DNA of 62,507 nucleotides, filler included, from Hausera hauseri (Eukaryota), in assembly GCA_046269625.1 (NCBI GenBank). It is 12 parts of 12 records of this genome, joined end to end, with 100 filler letters (N's around TTAATTAATTAA, not from the genome) between each part and the next. Parts side by side here need not be neighbours in the genome. Positions count along the whole stretch, not along the records: positions 35,613 to 40,018 come from JBJURY010596778.1; positions 40,119 to 47,460 come from JBJURY010020896.1; positions 47,561 to 52,069 come from JBJURY010548452.1; 9 more parts are not named here. One strand, written 5' to 3'. Shown here in pieces: positions 37,935 through 50,660 of this stretch. Position 1 is the first letter of the stretch, and each line of letters begins with the position of its first letter. The position numbers were made by a program, and so were the translations under genes. The notes beneath the pieces were generated by a model. It was given only the letters and a program-made list of their open reading frames with translations, had not been told where the DNA came from and did no database searches.

Positions 37935-38297
37935 TCATCCAAGTGTCTGTAACGTTAGCCACAGTAAGCAATAATGTCCACACAATACGGTCAGTGGATG
38001 TTAATAATGACATCGATTGTATTCAACACGATATGACTATGATGATTGTCTTTCAATTTGAGAAACTAACGATGACGGGTAGTAAAGGCTGAGCGGATCG
38101 AATACTCTGACGATGTTGGTCGGATGGTGGACGTACACAGCAATCTAAAGTTCGCCCAGCGACGATGAAGTGTGTGTATTGACAATAAAGTCACCGCGTC
38201 CTAAATCACGCGGCACACCATCCAGTGGAAACAAACCACGAAATTTTGTACCCAAGAGCATTTTTCAGTAGTGATTGAGCTCGGTGGAGCTAAATGT
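37935..38297 (-). pseudogene. Polinton adenain-like cysteine protease (absent from the ORF track)
   Basis: FRGLFPLD...FIVNTHTSSSLGEL*IAV...VFDPL...YNR...LCGHYCL matches the IVNT..GEHW..FDS..CG.YC pattern. Three stops, and the catalytic His is lost. Confidence 0.8.
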
Positions 38298-38382
38298 GAA
38301 TTAAGTATAATAGTAATAGTAGTAGTAATAAATTACATTATAGTACGAAGAAGAAGAAGAAGTGAGACACAGCCGATTTTAT

Positions 38383-39570
38383 TTATACAGCGACGGTTCC
38401 GTTTTTCGTTATTTCAACCTCGGCATCAAATACACCGTAAATGTACATCACGGTAGACAGTTACAATGCTTTGGAAAAGTGAATCTCCAGTCGCAGGTTT
38501 CCTTGCTGACATAGTTGAGTCTGTTCAACGTCACAGTCCGGCGCCTGGACAAAAGTGAAGAATAGATAGGTGGACTTGAACAGATCCATCGATATACCAT
38601 TATTGATATTTTTTTCAGCAAACCCATGTTACGCACAATAGATTGCATATATGTGCAAACAAAATCATTAGACTCAAAGTCCTGCTTGTACGTCTCAACG
38701 AAATCCGCATTCCGACCCAAGCTGATGTAATTCACATTGCTATGGGTAAACGTTTCTGAATCGGTCGTATAACTGCCCATTTGTTGAACAGTCGTTTGAA
38801 ATGTAACGAATATAAATTTCGACAATCGCATGTCGCCAAATAGTGCATCTTTGTAAAATGTCGTTGAACCTTTGGATATGGTGTAAAAGACGAGTCCTGT
38901 GCGTTGTATCGGGTAACAGGCATTTTGTGTTTCCAAGCCCAGTCAATGTCCCATGAGCACAGATGGTTCTACTTTTACTCAACGTACGTATAATCGTGCC
39001 TCGGTTATTTTTAATATGGGTTTGAGATTTGCAACGGCGGTTTTCAACCAAAAAACACAATCGCTTCGTTTGAGCCGAATCATAGCTTTAACACCGGGCA
39101 GTAGGTATTTTGGCTGATCAAAAAAGTCAAAGTACAGCGTTCCACACATTGTCAGTGCTTTTGATTCTGCCACCCATGCCTGACGGTTGGCCGCTGTGAG
39201 TCGTTTTTGTGTCTGTGCTGTAATTCAGTGCCGTTTCAATCAGGCTGGTGTTGCCTTAGATTTTGACGCTGTTCAGAATTAGTGAAGCCTCCTCAAACAG
39301 TGTGAGGAAAAAGTATTTAGCCGGTGTGACAGTATCCGTTGCAGCAAGAATTGTTGACGCGTCCTTTTTAACAATAACTTTTACATAGAGTAGCGTATCG
39401 TTCAAATCTAGGTATTCATTGTCCGATGGTATAATGTTGAATTGAATGTCAATGTTATCATCCGTTGAAACGGAATCAACGGAGTAGATTTCTTCAAATG
39501 CTGCATTGTCAATAACAACTTGTGGTACCGTTTTGTCAAATATACACAACTCAGATTTTGCAGATTCCAT
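38383..39570 (-). pseudogene. Polinton major capsid protein, second copy
   Basis: MESAKSELCIF...EYLDLNDTLLYVKV, FDFFDQPKYLLPGV, ending GNLRLEIHF...YGVFDAEVEITKNG. Confidence 0.9.
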
Positions 39571-39577
39571 TTGTCTG

Positions 39578-39918
39578 TTAATCGAAAATCGTACGACGAC
39601 GCCGTTTGTTTATAGCTGATGAACTCGATGATGCTCTACGGCGATTTCCCGTCATTAAGCCACTGTGAGCCAATTGTTCTTTGACTGATGCAACGACTCC
39701 CGGTGCAGCGCTTTTTATTTCAGACAAGGTGTGTTCCTTCAGTAATGGTAAAATCGATTTGTTTTCATATAGTACGTCCTGTGCTGTTTTTTCTGCCACG
39801 GAACCGACACGCTTCAACACCGGAAATGCTAAGCGTGCCAATGTATGCAAACATCCAGAGCCGTACTGTTTACCGACGAAATACGGCAGTTCACCGTCCT
39901 GCTGCGGTTTACTGTAAA
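39578..39918 (-). CDS. Small Polinton core-like protein, second copy
   Basis: QQDGELPYFVGKQYGSG.LHTLARLAFPVLKR...KRRRRTIFD. Confidence 0.65.
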
Positions 39919-40591
39919 TGGAAACGATTTCAGAATTAATTATATTGTTGTTGTTGTTGTTGTTGGATTCGACGGAAATGAAGTGTTAAACTGGTTGTAG
40001 TACCGTACGGAAATTCAANNNNNNNNNNNNNNNNNNNNNNNNNNNNNNNNNNNNNNNNNNNNTTAATTAATTAANNNNNNNNNNNNNNNNNNNNNNNNNN
40101 NNNNNNNNNNNNNNNNNNACCATCCAGACACTTCATTCTTTGCTGACCACTGCTTCTACTTCCTGGTATTTTGCCTGTGGTGACCAAGTTCTCCAAACCT
40201 TTTCTTAAAATATGGCCAATCATAGATGCTTGTCTCTTTCTGATCTTAGTGATAAGTGTTCAGTAGTATAGGATGCGCAATCGAGGCCGCATTTCTGGTA
40301 CAATGCAATAATAATACTGCTGCTGCTACCATTTTATAATAAATCTATCTATGGAACATAGAGCCCCTTTTATTCATGATGCTTTCTGGAGCACTATATA
40401 CTTTTTTACAAGGAGAAGGTACTGGTCCCTTGCTTAACCCACCTTATTCAATTCTTAAGACAATCATGCACAGGATGAGATGCTGTCCTAATTATCTACT
40501 TCCTTGTTTCCAGGGATCACATTTAGCCTATTAGTGTGTTTAATTTTTCAGTTTGTTTTAAGCTAATACAAAACTATTTTGTCATCCTCAG

Positions 40592-40742
40592 CTGGGGTGA
40601 AAACTGGGGAAAGCAGGGCTATGGATGGATTGCATGTAACAAAGACAGTAATTGTGGAATCACAGATTTAGCTACCTATCCAGTTTTCAGCCAAAATATC
40701 ATTCTACAGAATACTAGAGACTCAGAACTTATTCATCACTAA
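40592..40742 (+). CDS. Cathepsin L-like (papain family C1A) terminal exon
   Basis: Acceptor tcctcag, then (S)WGENWGKQGYGWIACNKDSNCGITDLATYPV. Confidence 0.8.
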
Positions 40743-41769
40743 ACCACAAGACCCAACAAACTGTAATCCAAAGTCAAGACATGACTTCATGAAAAGGATC
40801 ATATACTGCTGATGGGCATTTTATATTAGCACAAAATGGCTGAATAAACAGAATGTTAAAAACAGTAAGAAGTTTATGAAAATACTGACAATATTCAAAT
40901 AAACTTTAAGTCAAACAAGAATGGTGTTAGTCATATTGCCATTTCATGTGCCATATGGCACACACGCACATATTCAATCATGCATACACAAATCATTCAA
41001 TTTCTGCGGTCCGAAAAAAAATATTGGTAAAGACACCCATGTAAATTAACTGTCCACATGAATTGCTTTTCTTCTCTCTCTCACACACATTGACATACAT
41101 ACGCTCCTCCCACACACGTGTGCAAGGCTCTTCGAGGCTTACCGAGAGTTTTGTGTCTAAAGGGAAAATGAAATGTTTGACAAGCACCAAACTATGTCAA
41201 GTGACGACATTGATATTCATCCACGCCACCACACCCTGCATTGACACTCATCAGCTGTGAGAATAACTTAATTGACATGTGCGACTGTGGTTGGAAGAAC
41301 ATGTCCAGACAATTTTGTCTATTGCCAGCTATCACCTTTCACCACATTGGTGACACTATTTGTAAAGTCTTGAGGGTGACATCATTTGTTCCCAATCATG
41401 TGCTTGCAATATTCTCAAAATTTCAGGTGGCTTAATGTTTTTCTTCACAATTTTATTATGCATCGCTGTTACATGGCAACAGATACATCACTTGCCACCA
41501 TGATTGCTGTAACAGCTGCATATCCACAAATGATATCATACAATACCAGTTACACTCAAGAATGAGTTACATCCATTACAAGTTTCATCTTTCTAGCTTT
41601 AGTCAGTGAATTTTTACACACAAAAGTCTCAGCCAGCCTTGAACTGCTCTCTCTTTCTTGAGCATATATATATATATACACACACACACCCTTAAAAATA
41701 CCATGTGCCAGTGGCATATGAAGCAGAACAATTATTTTTATCATGCAGTCATGATTTTATAGGAAAGTG

Positions 41770-42027
41770 GATAAAAACTTTCCAAAATGATTGCAATTGC
41801 ACAGAGAAGTAACTGACTAATGTACAGAGTTTGGACTATGATTGGCCATGTTTTAAGAATAGAAGGTCTGGAGAACTTGGTCAGAGTGGATGAAATATAA
41901 GGATGGTTTGTGTGAATGGCTCAGAAGTAAGTCAGCACCAGAGATGATTGGGGACACCAAGAATCACTGGAAATGGAGATCTATGATAACCTATGCATCA
42001 TAGTTTGGTACCTGATGATGATGATGA
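41770..42027 (+). mobile_element. RTE LINE 3' remnant
   Basis: GHVLRIEGLENL...WRSMITYA followed by a (TGA)n tail. Confidence 0.6.
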
Positions 42028-43560
42028 GTAAATTAAAAAAAAAAAATAGAAGGCAACATTTTCTGACTGCCCCTCAGATAAATGATTCAGGAACCTGCTT
42101 CCTTTCATTCTAGATATATTTATGCTTTTCTCCATTCCCACAAGTAGCAACTTTCATAATGTGCACACAGTCAATCACTAATGGTGGTTAATGTAATTAT
42201 AAAAAAAAGGTACTGGCTCCCAAAATCAATTTCAGCATCAGACCACACCCTAGTTATTGTGGATGAGCTAAAAAACACACACATATACAGACATACATCC
42301 AGTTAAGTAAGATCTTCATCATCTAATCATGCTGCAGTTAAGGAAATAACTTTTATCTTTCCCTATTTTACTTTGGTCTGCTGGGAATTTGAGGTGTTAT
42401 GAGGTCTCTCAATGACCCATAACCAGCCTTCTTTCACAGCACCAGGGATGATGGTCCACAGCGTAGACCTTCCCCACATACAAGACAAGACTCCCCAGGA
42501 CTGGAAGGGAAACTCACAATTAAATAGGAAGAACATCAAAATGGATGATCATTTCTAGGAGATCTTACAATTAAACAAGGATAGGATCAAGATGGTGGAT
42601 CACTTTTAAGAGTCCAAGAACTGGACTTCCACCACAAGGACCCCAGCCCATCTTTCTAGATAGCGATTGGAACAGCAAGAAAGCTTTGTACGACCTCCAA
42701 CATCCCTGAAAAGTATTAGAACAGGCCTCCACCTGTTCTACTTTCTGTTTGATAGATTGATTGATGATCTCCACATCACCAAGTGTCAGCTCTTCTGTTA
42801 AGGGCTGTCATCCTATGGAGGACTATGGAGTAGTGGTGTTGAGCTTTCCTGCTGTCCCAGTGGTGTCTAAGAGGTGGGCCAAGGTCCTTCACCTTTAGTG
42901 CAATGTTTGGCCTCCTAGACACAATCCATCACTCAAATGTAGACCATCTTGAGCCTCCGCAGTTAGCCGGCAGGTTTCCCTACTGTTGCCTGGGACAAGG
43001 ACAGAGAGAAATCTGGCAGAGGATTTTGGCTGACTATGGTTCGTCAGCCCTGGCACTGTGTATTTGGGTCAGCTGCGGGTCAACGCCCATACAGCACATC
43101 CGTCAATACTGCTTACTGTTTAAAATTATATTGCAGATATTCTTAGAACAGGCATACATTAAAACCCTTTGGATGCTCTACAACATTCCATTATGGGCTA
43201 TATAACATTCCATTCTGGATGAAAATTTCCTTTAAAAATAACAATATGCTAATCTGAATGTTACAAAAGGCAAAAAAAACCAAGTCACCAGTCTAAAGTC
43301 TGCACTTTTTATAACAATATTGCATCAGTAGATAAAATTTGTTTAGAATAATGCTACAATTAATGTAGAAAACGCTTTACATCAAAACTTGGGTATACAG
43401 CACTTAAAACAACATAAGATAATGTGGTCCAGCCTAGTGCTAGAACAATTAACACAGAAAACACATATAACAAAACAACAGTTAACATGATCATTAGAAC
43501 TAATCCTCTTTTGTGATACAGATGAATACTTCAGCTACATGCCACATATGTAATAACTTA

Positions 43561-43642
43561 CCTGCTATCTGTGCTGAGGAATCACTATTCTGCTGGGCTT
43601 TCTCCATCAAGTCCTTCTGACAGAGCTCTTGATTTTTCTCCT
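43561..43642 (-). CDS. Isolated candidate exon of an unknown host gene
   Basis: Flanked by ...tttactag and gtaagt, with open frame EKNQELCQKDLMEKAQQNSDSSAQIA. Confidence 0.35.
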
Positions 43643-44269
43643 AGTAAATCACAAATGGTTAAAAGAAAACCCATCCTACAGCATCTGACATTATCTACAG
43701 AGGCAGAGTTACTTAGGGCTAGCAATGCAGCATGACCAGCATCATTGTCCACATGGGTTTACTACTGCATGGGTTCTCTTGTACTGTGTCAGGGCTAATG
43801 GTTCATAGTCTACAATAACCCTTTTCAGGGCTCACCCAGAAGAGCTAATCACTCAGTGATTCAGAGTTATAGCAACAACAACAACATCATCAAAATATAT
43901 GCGGCATATTTTCAGCAAATTAGTACCAACTGGATTGTTCTTTCATATTATTTTCAAAAGTAATTTTGTAAACAAACAAATGAATAACTACCTTTCCCAA
44001 CGAAAGAAGATAACACAAATTTCAGTCAGTGAATTATAACATGTGCAGTACACAATTATCCTGAAAGCCATATGACCGACCATGGTAAACTGAGAAGCAA
44101 ACTCACACTGCCCATTCCCATTAATGACAGCCATTTCCACACATCCTATTAATGACTTTCTACTTCTAGTGACTATCCCTCATGATTTCATTGACTCTTT
44201 GGTGAAGAACGTGGTCATCATCTATTAGATGGACGAACAACATTAATGACTTTGCACTTTCCAATATCC

Positions 44270-47200
44270 TGTTAGTAACACATTTCCAACAACCTGGTAA
44301 CAGTCTCAGCAGGCCAGCTAAACCAAGTTAAGGGTGGCCGGGGGTAATCAGGTCCTTCGGTGAATTGGGAGTAGTCTACCCAGCACGTGAAGTCTGGAAT
44401 CGGCAAACCATGCGGATGAACAACAAATTTCATTGTCAACGGATGGCTTACCAGCAGTGTCGTGAAACGCATAGGGCACTGTGAGACTCGTAGTACACAA
44501 TGGCCATTCACTGCATCCTGTCTCCATACCAGTTGTCAGGCTAAGACCGCCACTGGAGTTGAAGGGGTCTGGAAGAGAGAGTGAGGTTGACGAACGGCGC
44601 TACTCTTCCTCACTTAAATCCAAGTAAAGCATCAGTCATGTCTTCACCATTCACCATCAATCACCCAAAAAGCCCTGTGGCGATGGGGGAGTGGTGAAAC
44701 GGCAGAGTGTGGATTACTCAAGCTGCAGTCACAATCCTGCACACAGGCGGACCAAGGCATAGGGTCGTTCCCCATTAAACTGAGGCAGTGATGGGGTCCG
44801 GCAGCCCTCTTTAGGAAAGCTCTGCTCGCCTCCAAGCATGAGGAAGGGGGCTAGAAAAGGTGCCCTAAAAACAGCCTGCCTCACCACTAACCGGGCCAGC
44901 ATACAGCGGCTGGTAGGATCCCACCCCAGCGGTTGAACAAATAAGAAAAACAAAAAAACATGGGAAATTATTTCTCTTGGCGCGTGGAATGTGCGCACCT
45001 TCACTGACTTATCTGATGCCAGCAGAAAAGAAAGAACTGCATTAATAGCACGAGAATTAGCATGTTATAACTTGGACATTGTAGCCCTCAGCGAAACTAG
45101 GCTTGCAGAGGAGGGGCAACTAACTGAATTAGGTGGCGGATACACCTTCTATTGGCGCGGTCGCAAAAGTAATGAACGTCATGAAGCAGGCATGGGCTTA
45201 GCCATAAAAACGCACCTTGCTCAAAACCTCACCAGCCTGCCGAAAGGAATAAATGATCATTTAATGACTCTTCGCCTCCAACAAATCGATGACATTAATA
45301 AATGTCTACGCCCCCACAATGACAAATCCAGATGATGTGAAGATAAATTTTATTACGATCTTGAGTCAGTAATTTCCTCCATCCCAAAATCTGAAAAATT
45401 AGTATTACTTGGAGATTTTAATGCTAGAGTTGGGGCTGATTATCAGACCTGGAAGGGAGTGCTGGGAGTGCATGGTATTGGAAAAATTAACAGCAATGGC
45501 CTGCTATTACTCAGATTGTGTTCCACCTTTGACCTCACCATAACCAACACTATCTTTTGGCTGCCCACTAGAAACAAGACATTGTGGATGCATCCCCGGT
45601 CAAAGCACTGGCACCTAATTGATTATGTCATCACAAGACAATGAGACATACAAGATGTTCGTGTCACTAAGGCAATGTGTGGCGTGGAATGCTAGACAGA
45701 TCATAGATTGATTGTATCCAAGATTAGGATCCAGATTTTACCTAAGAGGCGCCCTCAAGGCAAAACAGTTGCTAGACGTCTGAATATTTCGTGCCTGAGA
45801 AAGTGCAACGTGACGAACAATCTAGCATCTGACCTCAGTGAAAAACTTAAGAATATTACGTTCGATCATGGCCAAGCTGAAAATAACTGGCAACTCTTTA
45901 AAAGTACTGTTCATTCAGTGGCCTTGGAACAGCTGGGCCAAGCACAAAGGAAACATCAAGATTGGTTTGACGAAAACGATCCTGAAATTAAAAATCTGCT
46001 GGAAGAAAAAGGCAAAACATTCAGAAGCCTACTCAACGATCCCTCTTCCACTTCCAAAAAAGCAGCATTCTCAAAAATACGTAGCACCTGTCAAGCCAAA
46101 CTACGAAAAATGCAGGATAACTGGCTGAGTAAGAAAGCCGATGAGATCCAGGGCTACGCAGACAAGCATGACCATCGACGCTTCTATGAAGCATTACAAT
46201 CTGTATATGGGCCACAACACTCTGGGTTGTCACCTCTTCTTAGCACTGATGGAATGACTCTTTTGACGGACACTGCAGACATCATAAAACGATGGACCAC
46301 TCACTTCAGTGATATACTTAACAGACCATCACAGGTGAATGAAGATGCAATAAATCGCATCCCACAAAGAAAAATTAGATATGAGCTGGACTTTCCACCA
46401 ACACAACAAGAAGTCATCCGAGCAGTCAAACTTCTCTCCTGTGGAAAAGCCCCAGGTTCGGATGCCATCCCAGCCGAAGTGTACAAATATGGAGGCGATG
46501 CCCTGTTACAAAAGCTAACTGATCTGTTCCAGACTTTCTGGTCAGACGGGATACTACCCCAGGACTTTAAAGACGCATCGATAGTACATCTATATAAGCA
46601 CAAAGGTAGCCGTCAACTCTGTGACAACTACAGAGGTATATCTCTCTTGGTTGTTGCCGGAAAAATCTTGGCACGAGTACTACTGAACCGGCTTACTAGT
46701 ATCCTTGAAGGCGAACTACTACCAGAGAGTCAGAGTGGCTTTCGTTCAGGCCGTGGGACTGTTGATATGATCTTTGCAGCACGCCAGTTACAGGAAAAGG
46801 CTCAGGAACAACACAGAGAGCTGTACACCACATTTATTGATTTGACCAAGGCCTTTGACTCAGTTAATCGGGAAGGCCTATGGAAAGTTCTTGGTAAATT
46901 TGGTCTCCCTGATAAGTTCATCAGTATTGTGCGTCAATTTCATGAGGGTATGATGGCCAGCCTCTGTATTAATGGAGAAACCTCTGATAGCTTTCCAGTC
47001 ACAAATGGTGTAAAACAGGGATGTATTCTGGCACCAACATTGTTCAGTCTAATGTTTACGGCTATGTTATCGGATGCTTTCCATGACTGTAGATCTCAAA
47101 TAGGTATCAAAATAAGATATAGATCTGATGCAAAACTGTTTAAAACAGGTCGCTTTAGGGCCCAAAAAAGTGCAAAGAATCAACGATTCTTGATCTTTTG

Positions 47201-47460
47201 TATGCAGATGATTGCGCTTTGTATGCCAGCTCATTGCAAGATATGCAAACAGCCCTCGACAGCTTCTCCGAGGCATGTGAAAATTTTGGACTCACTATTA
47301 ACATCGGTAAAACTGAAATTATGTTTCAGCCTGTGCCGGGGAATCAATACATCGAACCACAGGTAATGATAAAACAGCAGAAACTAAAGGCGGTGGACAA
47401 TTTTACATACCTGGGGAGCACCCTGTCCAGATCAGTAAATATCGATGAAGAGGTAAAAGT
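44270..47460 (+). mobile_element. RTE-clade (BovB-like) LINE: 5' UTR, APE endonuclease, reverse transcriptase
   Basis: WNVRT, DIVALSETR, LLGDFNARVG, WMHPRSKHWHLIDYV, KAPGSDAIPAE, NYRGISLL, FIDLTKAFDSV, GVKQGCILAP, YADD. Few disruptions. The 3' end is cut by the linker. Confidence 0.95.
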
Positions 47461-47954
47461 NNNNNNNNNNNNNNNNNNNNNNNNNNNNNNNNNNNNNNNN
47501 NNNNTTAATTAATTAANNNNNNNNNNNNNNNNNNNNNNNNNNNNNNNNNNNNNNNNNNNNCGATATTTAATCTGTAGCATATGTTATTTTTGCCCTCAAT
47601 TCATTTACTCGTATTTTCATCATCCTAGAAGAGCTCTACTTACTATTACTAATACGCCAATTCCCCAAATACTTCCCACAAGATACTTTCGACTGAAGCA
47701 ACAGTCAACAATCCGAATCGAATTTCCAATTTATTGATTTAATCCTTCTACGATAACTAGATCACCACCAATTATCTTTCAAGTACCTCTACCACATATA
47801 AATGTTATGACTCTTCTACGACAGCCATCTTCAATACCACATCCACGTTACCAACCTGAACAAATCACTAGATCATTGCCTGAATTGCCAGTGCCTGCAC
47901 TTTCAATAATACCTATACCAATCATTTCTTACAGTCCATCACTACCAGTATAAT

Positions 47955-48420
47955 TACAGGAAGATTGGTTCCCTGTCTTCAATAAATGCCCAATTGATCT
48001 TATATCTGATCTAGCTCCTCTTGATTTATGGGCAACATTACAATCTTTCTATTATGATCAACTTCCTACCTATGAATGTACTATATGTCTTACCGAAATG
48101 ATAACAGTAGTTCAATTTCAATGTAACCACAAATTATGTGCAACCTGTTTCAATAAACTTCGATCTCAATCTCTTAAATCAATCAACTTGGAGGATGCTC
48201 TACAAATGCCTTTTCAAAATGGTATTTCATGTCCCTACTGTCGCCAGCCATCAGTCTACTATCACTTCTCCTACACCTACGACAACCGTACCCAGCGATT
48301 GTGTCATTGGATGAATCCTGTAAATGATGCTACCCTGACAATCAGACCCAAAAATCTCAGCTTCATTGATGTTGGTACACAAAGTGATCCGGAGGACCGA
48401 ATCCTGTCAAAGGGGGGAGA
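47955..48420 (+). CDS. C3HC4 RING-finger ORF at the 3' end of an LTR element
   Basis: CTIC-x10-CNH-x2-CATC-...-CPYC. The frame runs through EDRILSKGGE, encoded by the PPT AAAGGGGGGAGAAA, into TGTTGGG at 48423. Confidence 0.75.
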
Positions 48421-48422
48421 AA

Positions 48423-48645
48423 TGTTGGGATTTGTTAGTGACGGATTCGTTAGTGACAGCATTTAAACATGTGGCAACATTTAGACATCATTTAAACGCT
48501 GTATATCAAGATTACTGTACATTTTGATTCCTGAACATTTAAGCATTGTATATTAATTGTTATACAAATACAGCATCTGATAGACAGTTCTTCTTGTTCT
48601 TATTACTTCCCTTTTAAATGCTTGTGAGCCCCTTGGTGGGCATCT
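48423..48645 (+). repeat. Probable 3' LTR
   Basis: Starts TG directly after the PPT. The right end is uncertain. Confidence 0.5.
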
Positions 48646-48744
48646 TTAATTATTCCTGTCATGTGTAGATTTGATGTTAACCAGGATGGGCGATGGTTGA
48701 TGGGTGTGAGAGTAGAGAATATTAAATTGGATTTGTAGATCACA

Positions 48745-48892
48745 CTTCGCAAATCTACATGAAACTAATTGAAAATAGAGTACCATATTTACAAATCTAC
48801 CTGAAACTAATTGAAAATAGAGTGCCATATTTACAAATTTAATTGAAAATAGAGTGCCATATTTACAAATCTACCCGAAACTATTTGAAAAT
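48745..48892. repeat. Tandem ~42-bp minisatellite (about 4 copies, one internally deleted)
   Basis: Units of ATATTTACAAATCTACCTGAAACTAATTGAAAATAGAGTGCC. Confidence 0.9.
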
Positions 48893-50349
48893 GGAAATTC
48901 GAAAATGGAAATGATATTCGCAAAAGTGGAAAATATAATTTAAATCTCAAATGTGAATCACATTAAGCAAATATAAAAATTGCATACAAATAATATCACA
49001 AACCGCTATATAAGCAGTAGAGAATTGCTAACCATTTACCATTTGAACTACAAAAGATTTTACTGATATTCTTGCGATTAGAGGAAAATTTCGCCCGGCA
49101 ATAAAAATCTGGTAAGTGTTGAAATACCGGATTAATCTTTAAAATAAGATTAGCATTTAATAATTAACAGAATAGAAGATAACATGAATGGTCATAGAGA
49201 TTATAGAGCTGATGGTCAAAGTCAATCTGGAGATTCAGAATTGGATGTGAATAATGATATTCGAATCGAAGCAAATTTCCGTCATGACAATGTCCCAGTT
49301 TCAGGATCCGATATAGGAAATGGTAAATAAATATTTGATATTCTTAACCCTGTTGATTGTCGCCCCGTGCATGTATATATTCTTTTATTTCGATTTGGTT
49401 TGTTGTAAAATAAATCTTTGAAAATAGAAATCAATTGAAACCATTTCTCGGTGTAACGGAAGTGAGTAAAAAATGGATATTAAGTCCATGGGAAATCACG
49501 ACGATTATCTACGAAAGGTGGAACGTTCTAATCTGTATATCCTGGTGAATTTACGAGGATGAGTTGATGATATGTCGATACACAAGTGATAAAACGTATT
49601 TTACTGTAATGGTCATTAGCGTCCGGATAATGGATGGTTAAAAGCTAATGAATAATGATGATTGGTTTTATGGGTACAACCATGCGTATAGAGCCATCCG
49701 TCTCGAATATACTCGATGTTGATTTCCCAAATATACTGTTTTCTCTTGGTTAAACATTTAAAGTTGTAGTTGGGGTTACGAAAGAAAATTGTGTAAGGTC
49801 GTATTCAACGATTGTTTGAGTACTATTATAAACCTTCTGTACCCTTAATATGAAAGGTCCCTTTTGATATCATATATGTAGTTTAATAAATTGGACAAGT
49901 ATGTTAACCTGTAACATATTAAAAACAGTATTTGTATTTCTCTGAAGAAGGCATAGAAGAAGGAAAAGTTTAAATACATAATTTCGACAATATCTTAGAA
50001 ATTTAAACGGTAAAATAGTAATTAAAGTTGGATAACAGAGGTAATATTCGGGTATGGGGATTAAAGCAGCGATTGGTTTATTGATGGAATCGAGTATAAC
50101 TTTTTGAGTGAGGTTTTGTATACGGTATCCTTTCCCTCGGTGAATTATTTTGATTATGATATATAGTACTTTATTTAGAGGAGTCGGATTATGGATAAGT
50201 GATTTTATTTCTTAGTATAGAATATTCTAATCGATATCAAGGACTGAAGATTGCATTCCTCAGAGTTATGAATTAAATTATTTAAAAAGATAGTAACATA
50301 TAGGAATACATAGGAACTGTAAAAGGTAGGAAATCTAACGAAATTAAAA

Positions 50350-50660
50350 TGTTATGGAACTCCGGTAAACGCCCTTAATGAGGCAGAGAAGTAATAAATA
50401 ATATGAGAATTCTTATTGAGTCTTAAATGATCATAGGCGCAGGTATATTCTTTCAATACCGAACCGCCACCGGACTCACCCTTTAGATCAATTGCAAATA
50501 TTTATATGTTACTATAATTCAGAGTAGATTGTAACAAATAGTTATATATACAAAGATAGTAACACGAATTCACAACACAAATAGGTCTACTTTCTTCAAA
50601 TATTGTTATTGCTTCCCTTTCTTGTCCGCTCAACCCACTTACATAGGTTATCATTAAACA
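50350..50660 (-). repeat. Probable 3' LTR (TGTTTAATG...CCATAACA)
   Basis: Preceded by purine run AAGAGAAAA, with a CATATAAA TATA-like box and homology to 1587-1800. Confidence 0.5.

Larger units (their letters stand above)
37047..40018 (-). mobile_element. Polinton right arm: core, major capsid, protease, subterminal repeats, terminus
   Basis: Paralogous to 19822-21250 and ends in ...CCCCTACT at 37047. Confidence 0.85.
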
